From positions 25,964 to 89,963 of the forward strand of contig JAAKFI010000001.1 of the NCBI GenBank assembly GCA_011065125.1: a DNA stretch of 64,000 bases, given 5' to 3'. Below, piece after piece: positions 22,560 to 35,116 of this stretch. Below the pieces are notes generated by a model. That model searched no databases and was not told the origin of the DNA. It saw nothing but the letters and a program-made list of their open reading frames with translations. The stretch's first letter is position 1; every line of letters begins with the position of its first letter. Source of the stretch: Candidatus Anoxychlamydiales bacterium (GTDB lineage Bacteria > Chlamydiota > Chlamydiia > Chlamydiales > SM23-39). The translations under genes were made by a program, and so were the position numbers.

Positions 22560-22784
22560 ATGAAAAAAATTATTTCAACTTTTTTAATTTCAACTTTTTT
22601 AGTCTTTTCTCCAACAAATTTAAAAGCTGATGAATCTACTAGATTAAAAGCTGATGCTGCAGCTGCTGGATCTTTTAATGCTACAGCATGGTCTATGGTA
22701 TTTTGGGGAGTTGTTTTAGTAACTTCAATGGCACTTGCTGCAATTTTTATAAATTCATCAGGCCATCAAGATAGTAAATCGTGA
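22560..22784 (+). CDS. Small protein: signal peptide, Ala-rich linker, C-terminal TM helix
   Basis: 74 aa; stop overlaps the next start (GTGA). Confidence 0.7.
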   Translation: MKKIISTFLISTFLVFSPTNLKADESTRLKADAAAAGSFNATAWSMVFWGVVLVTSMALAAIFINSSGHQDSKS

Positions 22785-23467
22785 AATTCTTTTTACTATT
22801 TTTATTTTTTATAACATCCTTTTTTGCAAATGAAAAATATGCTTATTTTATCGAACCTAAAGATTATCAAATAGTCAATCCCAATGCTTATACAAAACAT
22901 GTAAAAATTGGTTTTATAAAAAAATCTCTTAGTTCTTTTTCAAATTCAATAAATTTAGCAACCCAAGAAACCTCTTTAAATATTGATGAATATAGTAAAG
23001 AAGTAGAAAGAACGATTAATCAAGATGAAAATTCTAAATGGTCAAAAATAGGCTTTTTTAAAACTAAAAATTACAGTGTATATCTTGCTAAAATTGAAAA
23101 GTTAACAAAATTTGGGAATGTTCAAATGCTTCAAATGTATTACATAGAAAATAACTTTGCCTATGTAATTACAGCCGCTAGCTTAAAAGAAAATTTTTTA
23201 AAAAATTTGAAAATATTTAAAGAAGTAATTGAATCTTTTGAAATATCTGATGATATATTTTCTTTTCTTCATTCTTCTCAAAGTGAAGATATAAAAAAAG
23301 AATACTTTGATTGTATTAAAATAAATAAAGATAAAAATAAAAAATTTATATATAAAAATTTAAAAGAATTTGAAAAGATAATCTCTAAAAAGAAATTTAG
23401 ACTATCGAATCATTTCAAATTCATGCTTTTAAAAGATTTATCAAATAAACTTTTGAAAACTCTTTAA
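22781..23467 (+). CDS. Exported PsbP/DcrB-like protein (CT311-like position)
   Basis: Signal peptide; SINLATQE...AYVITAAS...FKEVIESFEI pattern resembles the PsbP/DUF1795 fold; position after atpE. Confidence 0.6.
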   Translation: MKFFLLFLFFITSFFANEKYAYFIEPKDYQIVNPNAYTKHVKIGFIKKSLSSFSNSINLATQETSLNIDEYSKEVERTINQDENSKWSKIGFFKTKNYSVYLAKIEKLTKFGNVQMLQMYYIENNFAYVITAASLKENFLKNLKIFKEVIESFEISDDIFSFLHSSQSEDIKKEYFDCIKINKDKNKKFIYKNLKEFEKIISKKKFRLSNHFKFMLLKDLSNKLLKTL

Positions 23468-23521
23468 AAAAAAAATATAAATTTTGTAGTATCTATATCT
23501 TCTTTAAAAAAAGGACTGGTT

Positions 23522-23722
23522 ATGAAAAAAAAATTAACTGTTTTACTTACTTGCTTTAGTATTTTATTTAGCAATTTATGTTTTGCCGAATCTAAAGAGG
23601 TTCCTGCCGCAAAAGAATCCTCTTCAGCTATGGAAGAAAAAAACTGGCAACCTTGGGCTGTAGCTTTTGTTACTATTGCAATAGCAGCTGTTGGAATCAC
23701 ACTTCTAGTAATAGATGATTAA
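23522..23722 (+). CDS. Small protein: signal peptide, Ala/Ser-rich linker, C-terminal TM helix
   Basis: 66 aa; RBS AAGGA; overlaps the next ORF. Confidence 0.7.
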   Translation: MKKKLTVLLTCFSILFSNLCFAESKEVPAAKESSSAMEEKNWQPWAVAFVTIAIAAVGITLLVIDD

Positions 23723-24191
23723 ATATATTATTTTTATTTTTGTATTATTTAATTTTGATCTATTTTCAGATTTCAAAAAAATTGATCTTATAAATAGCAT
23801 AAAAAATTATAATTCAAAAAAAATAATCTATGAATTAGATGATTACAACATAAAGGCAAAACTAGAAATTATTTATTTAAATAACAAAGTTAATGCCTTT
23901 ATAAAGTTACTTTCCAATAAAGTAGATAAAAAAATTGATGAAATTAATATTTCTTTAAAAACTAGTGATAATAGCACTTCTAGTTTATGCAAAGTTTTTA
24001 TGGGATCTCAAGTTATAAAACTAGATGAAAAACTTACTAATTTTCTACTTTCATCTTTAGAAGAAAATGCAAATTTAAATATTACTTTTTTAAATTTTGA
24101 AATTAATCTAAAAAATCAAAAAATAAATAAATTTAAAAATAGTTTTTTTGATAAAATGATTAGCTTAATAGATTTTAAATTTAAAGGATAA
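23715..24191 (+). CDS. Exported hypothetical protein
   Basis: 158 aa with N-terminal hydrophobic segment; ends 3 nt before tal. Confidence 0.65.
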   Translation: MIKYIIFIFVLFNFDLFSDFKKIDLINSIKNYNSKKIIYELDDYNIKAKLEIIYLNNKVNAFIKLLSNKVDKKIDEINISLKTSDNSTSSLCKVFMGSQVIKLDEKLTNFLLSSLEENANLNITFLNFEINLKNQKINKFKNSFFDKMISLIDFKFKG

Positions 24192-24194
24192 AAA

Positions 24195-25157
24195 ATGCCC
24201 CAAAATACCAATGCATTAGATGAACTAAAAAAACACACAACAATAGTAGCTGACACTTCTGATTTCAACCAAATAGATAAATACAAACCACAAGACGCAA
24301 CAACAAATCCTTCTTTGATATTAAAAGCTTCTAAAATAGAAGATTATTCTCATCTAATTGATGAAGCTATCACCTTTGCTAAAAAAAGTAATGGAGGAGA
24401 TTTAATAACAAACATCTTAAATAGGATATTTGTAAATTTTGCAAAAGAAATCCTTAAAATCATTCCAGGAAGAGTATCTATTGAAGTAGATGCTAGAGCA
24501 TCTTTTGATACTAACAAAAGTCTTGAAATAGCAAGACATTTTATAGATCTTTTTAAAAAAGAAAAAATATCAAAAGATAGAATCTTAATAAAACTAGCTT
24601 CTACCTATGAATGCATAAACGCCTGTGAAGTTTTAGAAAAAGAAGGTATTCATTGTAATATGACACTTCTTTTTTCGATTGAACAAGCTGCTATGGCAGC
24701 TGAGAAAAAAGCTACTTTAATATCTCCTTTTGTTGGAAGAATTTTAGATTGGTATAAAAAAGAAAAAAATATTTCGTCATTTAAACCTACTGAAGATCCC
24801 GGCGTAATATCTGTAAAAAACATTTATAATTATTATAAAAAGTTTGATTATTCAACTTCTATTATGGGAGCTAGCTTTAGAAATATTGATGAAATATTAG
24901 AACTAGCAGGTTGTGATTTTTTAACTATTGCACCTAATTTATTAAATGAACTTGAAAATTTAAAAAAACCAATTGAAAAGAAATTAGATAAAAAAGATTT
25001 TAAAAATTTAGATATTAAAAAACTTAATTTAAACGAGAACACTTTTAGATTTTTACTAAATGAAAACGCAATGGCAACTGAAAAGTTAGCAGAGGGAATT
25101 AGAAACTTTTCAAAAGATTTAGTTTTATTAGAAGAGTTAATAAAACAAAAACTATAA
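24195..25157 (+). CDS. tal: Transaldolase
   Basis: VADTSD, DATTNPSLI, GRVSIEVDAR, ILIKLAST, ISPFVGRILDW, MGASFRN. Confidence 0.98.
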   Translation: MPQNTNALDELKKHTTIVADTSDFNQIDKYKPQDATTNPSLILKASKIEDYSHLIDEAITFAKKSNGGDLITNILNRIFVNFAKEILKIIPGRVSIEVDARASFDTNKSLEIARHFIDLFKKEKISKDRILIKLASTYECINACEVLEKEGIHCNMTLLFSIEQAAMAAEKKATLISPFVGRILDWYKKEKNISSFKPTEDPGVISVKNIYNYYKKFDYSTSIMGASFRNIDEILELAGCDFLTIAPNLLNELENLKKPIEKKLDKKDFKNLDIKKLNLNENTFRFLLNENAMATEKLAEGIRNFSKDLVLLEELIKQKL

Positions 25158-25160
25158 AAT

Positions 25161-26405
25161 TTATTTAATCTTTTGAATTAGTAAGTTAAATTCTTTTAAA
25201 TGTTTATTTAATCTTTCATATATCATTGTCTCTTCAGTTTTATTTATTTTTCCTTTTTGCTCACATCTTTTGAGATCCAATTTTGCTATTTCAATATTTT
25301 TACAGACTTCGAATATTTCTTTTAATAAAGGAATTCTTTCATATGCTTTTGGGAAATTCTTATAAAAAATAAAAAAATCTAATTTTTCTTCTTGGCTTTT
25401 ACATTTTTTAATTTCAGGAAATAATATATTTCTGGCTAAATGATAGATATCTAATGAAGTTTTTAAAACATAGTTTGTTTTATCTACATCTCGAATCTCT
25501 TTTTCAAATTTCAACTTATCTTCCTTAACTATAAAGCCATTTTTTTCAGCTAATAAATATAATTTTGCTTTAGAAACTCTTTTAGGAAATCTCACATAAA
25601 ATCTATCTTCAAGCTCAGTTTTTAGATCTTTTGGAGTTTTTGCATAAATTATTCCATAATCAGCTCCAAATTCTTTAAGATGTCTATCGCTAAATAGTAA
25701 CAAATCATCTATGTCCAAATCAATTTCAAGCTCATATTTAATCCTTCTTTGAATGACAATACAAAAACTTAATTTGGAGAAAGAAGCTATTTTTTCATCT
25801 AAATATGCTCTTAGAGATTCCAATGATTCGTAATCTTCATATATGTCTTCAACGCTTACACCTTTAGCTTTTAATAATTCAATCATTTTATTTACATCAT
25901 CTATTGCATCATCATAATATCCATCTATACCTGGCATTATTTCTTTTTCAATTTCTATTATTCCTTCCTGGCTAACTTTTATTCTGAAAGATATATTTTG
26001 ATCTTCAGCATAATTTTTAATAAATTCATTAAATATTTTTTTTAAAATTCTTAAAAATTCTTCAATATCAACTACCTTTTCTTTGCGAGCAATTTCTGAA
26101 TCAATATGAACTAATATTTCACCCTGTGAAAAATCTACTTTTTCAAAAATATCTTTTATTTTAGTAAGAGTCACAGAAGTTGCATGAAAAGTTACCCCCC
26201 TAATTAAAGCCCTAGGATCCTGACCTTCCACTTTTTCTAAAATAGCTCTAACTATTTCAGGAGGCATTTCTCCATGAGCTACTGTCTCTGCTGGAGATGC
26301 GCTAGATGGAATTGTAGATCCTCTAGATGGAATTGTAGATCCTCTAGATGGAGTTGTTAATTCTCTACTTATTGGTCCTCTTAGAGAAAAAACAGTTGAT
26401 GCCAT
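25161..26405 (-). CDS. Orphan protein with Ser/Pro/Thr repeat N-terminus (candidate secreted effector)
   Basis: 414 aa; RBS AAGGA; lies between the otherwise adjacent tal and rpoC. Confidence 0.75.
   Translation of the reverse strand: MASTVFSLRGPISRELTTPSRGSTIPSRGSTIPSSASPAETVAHGEMPPEIVRAILEKVEGQDPRALIRGVTFHATSVTLTKIKDIFEKVDFSQGEILVHIDSEIARKEKVVDIEEFLRILKKIFNEFIKNYAEDQNISFRIKVSQEGIIEIEKEIMPGIDGYYDDAIDDVNKMIELLKAKGVSVEDIYEDYESLESLRAYLDEKIASFSKLSFCIVIQRRIKYELEIDLDIDDLLLFSDRHLKEFGADYGIIYAKTPKDLKTELEDRFYVRFPKRVSKAKLYLLAEKNGFIVKEDKLKFEKEIRDVDKTNYVLKTSLDIYHLARNILFPEIKKCKSQEEKLDFFIFYKNFPKAYERIPLLKEIFEVCKNIEIAKLDLKRCEQKGKINKTEETMIYERLNKHLKEFNLLIQKIK
26302..26357. repeat. In-frame 21-bp tandem repeat (about 2.7 copies)
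   Basis: CTAGATGGAATTGTAGATCCT x2 followed by CTAGATGGAGTTGT; encodes T(T/I)PSRGS repeats. Confidence 0.92.
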
Positions 26406-26456
26406 AGTTATTTCCTTACAATCATATAATTAAAATTCATTATTATTAATAATAAA

Positions 26457-26465
26457 ATTATAACA
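26457..26465 (-). promoter_or_regulatory. Putative extended -10 element (TGTTATAAT) for the 25161-26405 gene
   Basis: TGnTATAAT ~52 nt upstream of the ATG. Confidence 0.35.
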
Positions 26466-26551
26466 TAATTTAATTATTAACTAAATTAATTATTTAAATA
26501 TATTATATCGTTAATTATGCTGTTAATATTAAATAAGTTAAAAAAAAGAAA

Positions 26552-26594
26552 AAAAACAGACTTTAAAAAAAAATATTTTACAAAGTCTGTTTTT
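26552..26594 (-). terminator. Probable intrinsic terminator after rpoC
   Basis: Inverted repeat AAAAACAGACTTT...AAAGTCTGTTTTT 10 nt past the rpoC stop, running into a T tract on the minus strand. Confidence 0.65.
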
Positions 26595-26604
26595 AAAATT
26601 TATA

Positions 26605-29600
26605 TTATACGTTGGCTTCTTGAAGATCCGATACGCTCATATCATCATCAAAAGTAAATAGCTCTTCTTCTTTAGCTTCCATATCTCTAAATTTAGCAGT
26701 TTTTAAATGTGATTCAAATCCAGTACCACCAGGAATTATATGACCCATGATAAGATTTGATTTAAAGTCTCTTAGGTAATCGATGGCTCCATCTGTTGCA
26801 GCTCCAGTTAACACCTTAGTTGTTTCTTGGAAAGATGCTGCTGATACAAATGATTCCGAACCTAAAGATGCTTTAGTGATACCTAGTAAAACAGGTGCTG
26901 CTTGCGCTGGCTTTCCACCTTCATCTATTGTCTTTCTATTAGCTTTATGGAATACTTTTTTATCCACATCTTCTCCATATAAGAAAGTTGTATCACCTGG
27001 ATCTGTAACTCTTACTTTTTGAAGCATTTGACGAACGATAATTTCTATGTGTTTATCGTTAATATCTACACCTTGAAGTCTATAAACTTCCTGCACTTCA
27101 TTTACCAGATATTTTTGAAGCTCTCTAACACCACAAATATCTAATATCTCATGAGGTACAACAAGACCATCTGTTAACTGTTGACCTTTAACAACTATAT
27201 CACCTTTTTGAACTATTAAGTGTTTTGTTAATGGAATTAGATGTTCTTCTTTCATTCCTGTTTGTTTGTCTATTACAACAACAATTTTTTTATTTTTTTG
27301 AACACCTTCAAAGTCTATTTCCCCATCAATTTTAGCAATTTCTGCAACTACTTTTGGTCTTCTAGCTTCAAATAATTCAGCTACTCTTGGAAGACCTCCA
27401 GTGATATCCTTTGTTTTAATTGCTTCTCTTGGAAGTTTTGCCAATACCTGTCCTGATTTAACAAAGTCACCTTCTCTTATTGATATAATAGCGCCAGATG
27501 GAATAGCATATGTGCCTATTAACTCTTTGCATTCTTTATCTAAAAATACAGAAATTTGTGGATGCAATTCCCCACGATATTGTTTAACTATTAATTCAAC
27601 TTTATTTGTTTGTTTATTCACCTCTTTTTGTGTTGAAATACCTTCTACTAAATCTTCAAATTTAGCATATCCTTTTCTTTCACAAATAATTGGTGAACTA
27701 TATTGTTCCCACTCGGCAATTTGAGTTTTCGCATTTACTTTAACTCCATTTTCAAAAAGAATTTTAGTTCCAAGTTCAATTGAAAATATTTGCAAAGGTT
27801 CAATTGATTTAGAATCTAAAAGTTTTTTATATTCTTCAATTGATCTACCCTCATCTTTTACAATATTTAGCGTTCCGTTTTTATTTAGAGCTAAGTAATT
27901 TCCCTCTTCATCTTGAACATATCTTAAATCTTTATAAATTAAGATACCCTCTTTATCTACTATAAGCCGAGGGCTTATACTTGCAGATGCGATACCACCA
28001 ATGTGGAATGTTCTCATTGTAAGCTGTGTTCCTGGCTCACCAATTGATTGAGCTGCAATAATTCCAACAGCCTCTCCAAATCCTACCAATGTTCCAAGAG
28101 CTAAGTTATTGCCATAACATTTAGCGCAAATACCTCTAGAGGATTCACATGTTAAAGGAGATCTAACTTTTACTTTTTCTATTCCAGCATCATCTATGCT
28201 TTCTGCTTGTTTTATTGTTAATATATCCCCTGCCTTCGCTAGGTTTTTTGTTTTATCACCAGGAAGATATATATCTTCACAAATAGTTCTTCCAAATATT
28301 CTATCTTTTATAGCTAAAAGCTCTTCTTGACCTTGTTTTATAGAGCTAACTTCGATGCCATTTAATGTACCGCAATCAATTTCGGTTACAATTACATCTT
28401 GAGAAACGTCAACTAGTCTTCTTGTTAAATAACCGGAATCCGCAGTTTTTAATGCAGTATCGGCAAGACCTTTTCTAGCTCCGTGAGTAGATATAAAGTA
28501 TTCAAGTACAGTCAATCCCTCTCTAAAGTTTGAAATAATTGGATATTCGATAATCTCACCAGATGGTTTAGCCATCAGACCTCTTAAAGCTCCTAGCTGT
28601 TTTACCTGAGATTTATTACCTCTAGCACCAGAGTCCATCATTAAGTAAAGTGGATTTAATTCACCTTCTCTTAAATTTGCTAATAATTTAAATAGGTCTT
28701 TTGAAACACTATCCGATACTTCAGTCCAAATAGAGATAATTTTAGATTTTCTCTCGTTTTCAGTTATAACACCATCTGCATATTGTTTTTTTACTTTAGC
28801 AACTTTTTTATAAGCCGCTTCTATCACTTTAGATTTATTTTGAGGAACAGTAACATCTGTTACACCCATAGAAAGTGCTGCTTTAGTAGCTTCGGCAAAT
28901 CCTAGATTTTTCATATCATCTAAAAATCTAACAGTAGCTTCTAATCCAACTTTTTTATGACAATCTAAAACAAGCTCAGATAATCTTTTTTTACGTAGAA
29001 CATAGTTTTGAAAACCTAGCTCTTTAGGAACTATAGTATTGAATACTACTCTTCCTGGTGTTGTTTCAATAATTCCTGAGTCTGTTAATAATTTGATTTT
29101 TTCATGAATAAAAATTCCTTTTCCAGTCTCATCTGTTTGGAATCTTTTATTTGTTATTCTTTTCTCATATCTGTTGTAACTAACAGCTGCATTAAGAGCT
29201 AAAAGAACTTCTTCTCTATCTTTAAATATTTTAATTTTTCTCTCTTCTTGATCAGGATGAGAGAAAGGATCTAACATCAAGTAATATAATCCTAAAATCA
29301 TATCTTGAGAAGGAATAGTAACTGGTTTCCCAGAAGATGGCAGAAATATATTATCAGGTGCCATCATTAATAGTTTAGCTTCTAACTGTGCTTCTATAGA
29401 CAGTGGTATATGCACAGCCATCTGATCCCCGTCAAAATCGGCGTTAAATGCTGTTGTTACAAGCGGGTGAATTCTAATAGCTTTTCCTTCGATTAACACA
29501 GGTTCAAAAGCTTGAATACCAAGTCTGTGTAATGTCGGAGCTCTGTTTAACAATACTGGATGACCTTTAATGATTTCATCTAAAACATCCCAAACTATAG

Positions 29601-30807
29601 GATCTTGTTTTTGAATCATCTTTTTAGCCGATCTTATGGTATACACATAATCTTGGTCTTTTAATTTTTTTACAATAAATGGCTCAAATAATTCTAAAGC
29701 CATTTGTTTTGGTATACCACATTGATTGAATTTTAAATCAGGTCCAATTACGATAACAGATCTTCCAGAATAATCTACCCTTTTTCCAAGAAGATTTTGT
29801 CTAAATCTTCCTTGCTTACCTTTAAGCATTTCTGATAAAGATTTAAGTGGTCTATTACCAGCTCCCATCACTGGATGTCCATGTCTACCATTATCAAACA
29901 ATGCATCAACAGATTCTTGAAGCATTCTTTTTTCATTTCTAATAATTACATCTGGAGTTTTTAATTTTAAAATAGATTTCAATCTATTATTTCTATTGAT
30001 AACTCTTCTATATAAATCATTTAAATCAGATGTTGCAAATCTTCCACCATCAAGCGGTACTAAAGGTCTTAAATCAGGTGGTATTACAGGCACTGCAGAT
30101 AAAACCATCCATTCAGGATTATTAGGAGATGAGGTTAAACCCTCAACGATTTTAAGTCTCTTAGCAAGTTTTATTCTAGCTTGCATGGATTTAGTCTTTC
30201 TAAGCTTTTCTTTTAAATCTAATACTAACTGATTTAAATCTTCATTTTTCAATAAATCATAAATAGCTTCAGCTCCCATTTTAGCTACAAAAGCGTGTGG
30301 TCCATACTTTTCTTGAGCTTCTCTATATTCTGCATCATTTAAAAACTGCTTTCTTTCAAGTTCAGTTTCTTTAGGATCTGTTACTATATACTCTTCATAA
30401 TATATTACTCTTTCTAGTCCAGATACTGATAGTCCTAAAATATTACCTATTTTTGATGGCATTGTTTTAAAAAACCAGATATGCACTACAGGAACAGCTA
30501 AATCTATATGAGCCATTCTCTCTCTTCTTACTTTAGATAAAGTAACTTCTACTCCACATCTATCACAAACAATACCTTTGTGTTTGATTTTTTTATATTT
30601 TCCGCAAGCACATTCCCAATCTCTTGTAGGTCCAAATATTTTCTCACAGAAAAGTCCACCTTTTTCAGGTTTGAAAGTTCTATAGTTTATAGTTTCAGGC
30701 TTTTTAATTTCACCTCGAGACCAAGTATTTCTAATAACATCTTCTGATGCTATTTTAATTGATAATTTATCAAACTTCGAATCTGTAAATTCCTCGCTTT
30801 CGTACAT
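26605..30807 (-). CDS. rpoC: RNA polymerase beta' subunit
   Basis: [16 protein letters not shown], zinc-binding Cys motifs. Confidence 0.99.
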   Translation of the reverse strand: MYESEEFTDSKFDKLSIKIASEDVIRNTWSRGEIKKPETINYRTFKPEKGGLFCEKIFGPTRDWECACGKYKKIKHKGIVCDRCGVEVTLSKVRRERMAHIDLAVPVVHIWFFKTMPSKIGNILGLSVSGLERVIYYEEYIVTDPKETELERKQFLNDAEYREAQEKYGPHAFVAKMGAEAIYDLLKNEDLNQLVLDLKEKLRKTKSMQARIKLAKRLKIVEGLTSSPNNPEWMVLSAVPVIPPDLRPLVPLDGGRFATSDLNDLYRRVINRNNRLKSILKLKTPDVIIRNEKRMLQESVDALFDNGRHGHPVMGAGNRPLKSLSEMLKGKQGRFRQNLLGKRVDYSGRSVIVIGPDLKFNQCGIPKQMALELFEPFIVKKLKDQDYVYTIRSAKKMIQKQDPIVWDVLDEIIKGHPVLLNRAPTLHRLGIQAFEPVLIEGKAIRIHPLVTTAFNADFDGDQMAVHIPLSIEAQLEAKLLMMAPDNIFLPSSGKPVTIPSQDMILGLYYLMLDPFSHPDQEERKIKIFKDREEVLLALNAAVSYNRYEKRITNKRFQTDETGKGIFIHEKIKLLTDSGIIETTPGRVVFNTIVPKELGFQNYVLRKKRLSELVLDCHKKVGLEATVRFLDDMKNLGFAEATKAALSMGVTDVTVPQNKSKVIEAAYKKVAKVKKQYADGVITENERKSKIISIWTEVSDSVSKDLFKLLANLREGELNPLYLMMDSGARGNKSQVKQLGALRGLMAKPSGEIIEYPIISNFREGLTVLEYFISTHGARKGLADTALKTADSGYLTRRLVDVSQDVIVTEIDCGTLNGIEVSSIKQGQEELLAIKDRIFGRTICEDIYLPGDKTKNLAKAGDILTIKQAESIDDAGIEKVKVRSPLTCESSRGICAKCYGNNLALGTLVGFGEAVGIIAAQSIGEPGTQLTMRTFHIGGIASASISPRLIVDKEGILIYKDLRYVQDEEGNYLALNKNGTLNIVKDEGRSIEEYKKLLDSKSIEPLQIFSIELGTKILFENGVKVNAKTQIAEWEQYSSPIICERKGYAKFEDLVEGISTQKEVNKQTNKVELIVKQYRGELHPQISVFLDKECKELIGTYAIPSGAIISIREGDFVKSGQVLAKLPREAIKTKDITGGLPRVAELFEARRPKVVAEIAKIDGEIDFEGVQKNKKIVVVIDKQTGMKEEHLIPLTKHLIVQKGDIVVKGQQLTDGLVVPHEILDICGVRELQKYLVNEVQEVYRLQGVDINDKHIEIIVRQMLQKVRVTDPGDTTFLYGEDVDKKVFHKANRKTIDEGGKPAQAAPVLLGITKASLGSESFVSAASFQETTKVLTGAATDGAIDYLRDFKSNLIMGHIIPGGTGFESHLKTAKFRDMEAKEEELFTFDDDMSVSDLQEANV

Positions 30808-30833
30808 TGATTGTCTCCTAAGGTAATTTATTA

Positions 30834-33800
30834 TTATTCATTTGCAGCTTCTGTCCTTACATCAAGACAAAGCCCTTTCATTTCATTCATAAGTACGTTA
30901 AATGATTCAGGTGTGCCAGCTACCAATTTATTATCCCCTTTAACTATGGATTCATAAATTCTAGTTCTACCAGCAACATCATCCGATTTAACTGTTAACA
31001 TCTCTTGAAGTAAATGTGCAGCGCCATATGCTTCAAGCGCCCATACCTCCATCTCTCCAAATCTTTGACCTCCCCTTTGAGCTTTACCACCAAGTGGCTG
31101 CTGTGTAACTAGCGAATAAGGGCCAACAGATCTAGCATGAATTTTATCAGCAACCAAATGCGATAGTTTAAGCATGTAGATATATCCTACTACTACGTGA
31201 TTGTCGAATCTTTCTCCTGTTCTGCCATCGTATAGAACAAATTTTCCATTTTCTGGTAAATTTTCTTTCTTTAACATTTCCCAAATTTTTTCTTCAGGGA
31301 ATCCTTCGAACACAGGAGTTTTAATATAAATACCTGCTTTTTTAGCAGCAAAACCTAGATGAGTTTCCAAAAGTTGTCCCATATTCATCCTTGATGGTAC
31401 ACCTAGTGGATTTAAAATAATTTCAATGGTTTCACCATTTTCTAAATATGGCATATCCGCTATTGGAACGATTTTAGCAACAACACCTTTGTTACCATGC
31501 CTTCCAGCCATTTTATCCCCAACTTGAAGCTTTCTTTTTGTTGCAACATAGACTTTAACCTGTCTGATTACTCCAGGCTCTAAGTCTACATCACCTTTTT
31601 TCATATGTTCTACTTCAAGTTTATGCTTACTTAGTAAAATCATATGTAAATCATATGATTCACGAAGAATTTTTCTAAGCTCATCAAAAGTTTCATTCTC
31701 TTCCATTAGAAGGTTATCCATATCTTCACTTTCTAATTTCTCAATTAACTCTTGAGTAAAAAGTTGATCTTGATTGATGATAATTTCACCACTTTTTCTA
31801 TGCATTATTGGTGATTGACATTTTTCATTTAAAAAAAGAGCTCCTAGCTTTTCATGTGTTTGCATTTGAATTTCTAATTCTTGAGTTTTGAATTCTTGAT
31901 GAACATCTTTAATTCTAGATGCTTCTTCAACAAGTTCATCATCAGTTTTAGAAAGTCTATCTCTTCTCGAAAACACTTTAACATCCATTACAACACCTTC
32001 TGTTCCAGGAGGAGCTGTTAAGGACGCATCTTTCACGTCTGCTGCTTTTTCTCCAAAGATAGCTCTTAAAAGTCTTTCTTCAGGTGAAAGCTCAGTTTCT
32101 GTTTTAGGTGTAATTTTTCCAACTAAGATTGATCCTGATTTTACCTCAGCACCAATTCTAATAATTCCATCTTCTTTTAAATCAGCTAAAGCTTCTTCAG
32201 AAACATTTGGAATATCTCTTGTGATTTCCTCTTTCCCAAGTTTAGTATCTCTTGCCGTTAATTCAAATTCTTGTAAATAAATTGATGTGTATGTATCTTC
32301 TTTAATCAACTTTTCAGAGATAACAATCGCATCCTCATAGTTATAACCACACCATGGCATGAATGCTACAAGAACGTTTTTACCAAGGGCAAGCTCCCCA
32401 TTTTCAGTAGCTGGACCATCTGCAATAACATCCCCTGCTTTAATCTTATCTCCAACTTGACAAATAGGAGTTTGGTTAATTGATGCACCTTGATTTGATC
32501 TAATGAACTTTCTAAGATTATATATTTTCTTATCGATCGGATTGTTTTTCGGTGCTATTACTATTTTAAATCCATCAACATAATCAATTACCCCATCCTC
32601 TGCGGCTATAACAACAGCACCTGAATCTCTTGCTGCTCTTCCTTCAAGTCCCGTTCCAACAATTGGAGCTTCAGGAATTAAAAGCGGAACGCCTTGGCGT
32701 TGCATATTAGAACCCATAAGAGCACGGTTAGCATCATCATGTTCTAAAAAAGGTATAAGACCTGCTACTATAGATACAAGTTGTTTTGGAGAAACGTCCA
32801 TATGTGTGATTTTAGAGGTTTCAATCTCTAGTGATTCACCTTTATGTCTCGCCCAACATATGTCATTTGCGAACATATTAAATTCATCAAGTTCAGCTGA
32901 TGCTTGAGCTATCACACAATCTTCTTCTAAATCTGCTGTCATATATTCAATTTCATCTGTAACCACCCCATCTTTTACTTTTCTATATGGAGTTTCAATA
33001 AAACCAAATTCATTAATTTTACCATATGATGAAAGGGATGTGATAAGACCGATATTTGGTCCCTCTGGAGTTTCAATTGGACAAAGTCTGCCATAGTGTG
33101 AAGAGTGAACATCTCTTACTTCAAATCCAGCTCTTTCTCTATTTAATCCACCAGGCCCTAAACATGAAAGTCTTCTTTTATGCGTAAGTTCAGATACTGG
33201 ATTTTGTTGATCCATAAATTGTGATAATTGTGATCTACCAAAAAAGTCTTTTAATACTCCAGCTAAACCTTTAGCTGAAATAATTTTACCTGGAGTCATA
33301 GTATCTGATGAGAAATCAAATAGATTCATTCTCTCTTTAACTATTTTTTCCATTCTAGCTAAACCAATTCTACATTGATTTTGAACTAATTCACCAACAG
33401 ATCTAATTCTTCTGTTTCCTAAATGATCGATATCATCTATAGATGCTGTCTCATCTCTTTTCTTTAGTCTTATTAAATATTTAACAGCTTCAATAACATC
33501 TTCTTTTCTAAGTGTTACCGTTTCTAATGTTTCATCATTAATTTCAAATGAAAGCTTTTTATTTAATTTATATCTTCCAACTCTTCCTAAGTTATATCTT
33601 CTAGGATCAAAAAACAGTCTCATTATAGCAGATCTAGCATTTGACAACGTAGCTGGTTCACCTGGTCTGATTTTTCTATAAAAATCTTTAAGAGCAGATT
33701 CATATGAATCGGTTGGATCTTTAGCTAGCATTTTTATAATTGGATGATTTTCATCCGCATCTTCTGCAATTTTTATAGCTGCTATTTTTTCATCTAACAT

Positions 33801-34595
33801 TCTTTTTAACATAGCTGTAGTTAATTTTTCAGAAGCTCTTCCAAATACAAGTCCCGTCTCTTCATCAATTACATCTTCAGCTAAGATTTTACCAACTAAC
33901 TTCACAAAATCTTTTTCAGATTTTATCTTTATTTTTCTTGTGTTAAAAAATTCTTCAATAATATCAGCATCGGAAGAATATCCAAGTGTTCTAATAAATG
34001 AAGTTGCTAAAACTTTTCTTCTTCTTTTCTTTCTATCAACAAATATATATATTAAATCATTAGTATCAAATGAAGCTTCTAACCAACTTCCTCTATATGG
34101 TATAATTCTAAATGAATATAACAAAATCCCTTTTGGATGCATTGTTTTTTCAAAAGCAATACCAGGTGATCTATGAAGTTGGGATACTATAACTCTTTCC
34201 GCTCCATTTATAATAAACGTTCCTTTATCCGTCATAATAGGAAGAGTTCCCATATAAACTTCTTCTTCTTTAATTCCAGTTTCATCAGTTAATTTAAATA
34301 AAACTTTTAAAGTTACGTTGTAGGTAATTCCTCTTCTAACACACTCTTCAGGAGAGTATTTTGGTACTCCTAAATTATAAGAATTATATTCTAAAATAGT
34401 TTTTTCATCGTATGATTTGATAGGAAATATTTCCCTGAATACTTCTTCTAAACCAACATTTCCCCTTTCATGTGGAAGTTTGCCTGTTTGCAATAATTGA
34501 TTAAAAGATTTAATTTGAATTTCAATTAAATTAGGAAGGTCTATTATTTCTTTACTTTTTCTAAAGCTAACCCTTTCTGGGGACTTTTTGAGCAT
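30834..34595 (-). CDS. rpoB: RNA polymerase beta subunit
   Basis: [30 protein letters not shown]. Confidence 0.99.
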   Translation of the reverse strand: MLKKSPERVSFRKSKEIIDLPNLIEIQIKSFNQLLQTGKLPHERGNVGLEEVFREIFPIKSYDEKTILEYNSYNLGVPKYSPEECVRRGITYNVTLKVLFKLTDETGIKEEEVYMGTLPIMTDKGTFIINGAERVIVSQLHRSPGIAFEKTMHPKGILLYSFRIIPYRGSWLEASFDTNDLIYIFVDRKKRRRKVLATSFIRTLGYSSDADIIEEFFNTRKIKIKSEKDFVKLVGKILAEDVIDEETGLVFGRASEKLTTAMLKRMLDEKIAAIKIAEDADENHPIIKMLAKDPTDSYESALKDFYRKIRPGEPATLSNARSAIMRLFFDPRRYNLGRVGRYKLNKKLSFEINDETLETVTLRKEDVIEAVKYLIRLKKRDETASIDDIDHLGNRRIRSVGELVQNQCRIGLARMEKIVKERMNLFDFSSDTMTPGKIISAKGLAGVLKDFFGRSQLSQFMDQQNPVSELTHKRRLSCLGPGGLNRERAGFEVRDVHSSHYGRLCPIETPEGPNIGLITSLSSYGKINEFGFIETPYRKVKDGVVTDEIEYMTADLEEDCVIAQASAELDEFNMFANDICWARHKGESLEIETSKITHMDVSPKQLVSIVAGLIPFLEHDDANRALMGSNMQRQGVPLLIPEAPIVGTGLEGRAARDSGAVVIAAEDGVIDYVDGFKIVIAPKNNPIDKKIYNLRKFIRSNQGASINQTPICQVGDKIKAGDVIADGPATENGELALGKNVLVAFMPWCGYNYEDAIVISEKLIKEDTYTSIYLQEFELTARDTKLGKEEITRDIPNVSEEALADLKEDGIIRIGAEVKSGSILVGKITPKTETELSPEERLLRAIFGEKAADVKDASLTAPPGTEGVVMDVKVFSRRDRLSKTDDELVEEASRIKDVHQEFKTQELEIQMQTHEKLGALFLNEKCQSPIMHRKSGEIIINQDQLFTQELIEKLESEDMDNLLMEENETFDELRKILRESYDLHMILLSKHKLEVEHMKKGDVDLEPGVIRQVKVYVATKRKLQVGDKMAGRHGNKGVVAKIVPIADMPYLENGETIEIILNPLGVPSRMNMGQLLETHLGFAAKKAGIYIKTPVFEGFPEEKIWEMLKKENLPENGKFVLYDGRTGERFDNHVVVGYIYMLKLSHLVADKIHARSVGPYSLVTQQPLGGKAQRGGQRFGEMEVWALEAYGAAHLLQEMLTVKSDDVAGRTRIYESIVKGDNKLVAGTPESFNVLMNEMKGLCLDVRTEAANE

Positions 34596-34633
34596 CTTTG
34601 TTAACTCCTAAATGTTGATATATAATAAGCAAA

Positions 34634-34698
34634 ATTTAAATTTATCAATGGATAAATTTAAAATATATATTGTTCAAGGGTAGTATATTTACTACCCT
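34634..34698 (-). promoter_or_regulatory. Two hairpins in the rplL-rpoB spacer (possible attenuator or processing site)
   Basis: AGGGTAGTA-TATT-TACTACCCT (34677-34698) and TTTAAATTTATC-AATG-GATAAATTTAAA; rplL-rpoB attenuators are known in other bacteria. Confidence 0.5.
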
Positions 34699-34714
34699 CT
34701 AATAAATTTATTAA

Positions 34715-35104
34715 TTAAAGTCCTTTAGCAGTTGCTTTTGAACCCGCTGCTTGAATCTTCTTAATAATTTCATCTGCTTCAGCTTTTGGAGCAGTCTCTT
34801 TAATAACTTTAGGTGCTGATTCCACCAGTTCTTTTGCTTCTTTTAATCCAAGTCCCGTAATCTCTCTAACAACTTTAATTGCAGCTATTTTTTTATCAGC
34901 TGGAACTTCATCTAAAGTTATTTTAAAATCAGTTGCCTCTTCTTTAGCTGCACCTTCTTCTGCTGCTGCTGGAGCTGCTGCTACAGCTGCTGCTTGAGCT
35001 TTAACACCCCATTTTTCTTCAAGTGCTTTTTTTAATTTTGATAGTTCTAAAACAGGTAGATTACTTAATGTTTCTACTATTTCGTCTATGTTTACAGTTG
35101 CCAC
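34715..35104 (-). CDS. rplL: 50S ribosomal protein L7/L12
   Basis: Ala-rich hinge, [24 protein letters not shown]. Confidence 0.99.
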   Translation of the reverse strand: MATVNIDEIVETLSNLPVLELSKLKKALEEKWGVKAQAAAVAAAPAAAEEGAAKEEATDFKITLDEVPADKKIAAIKVVREITGLGLKEAKELVESAPKVIKETAPKAEADEIIKKIQAAGSKATAKGL

Positions 35105-35116
35105 GATTTTACCCCT

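Noticed and set aside
23464..23700. Minus-strand 78 aa ORF
   Set aside because: Antisense to 23522-23722, which has an RBS, a signal peptide and the operon orientation
26302..26357. Repeat considered as a CRISPR array
   Set aside because: Head-to-tail copies without spacers, in frame within a CDS; no cas genes and no array seen in the window
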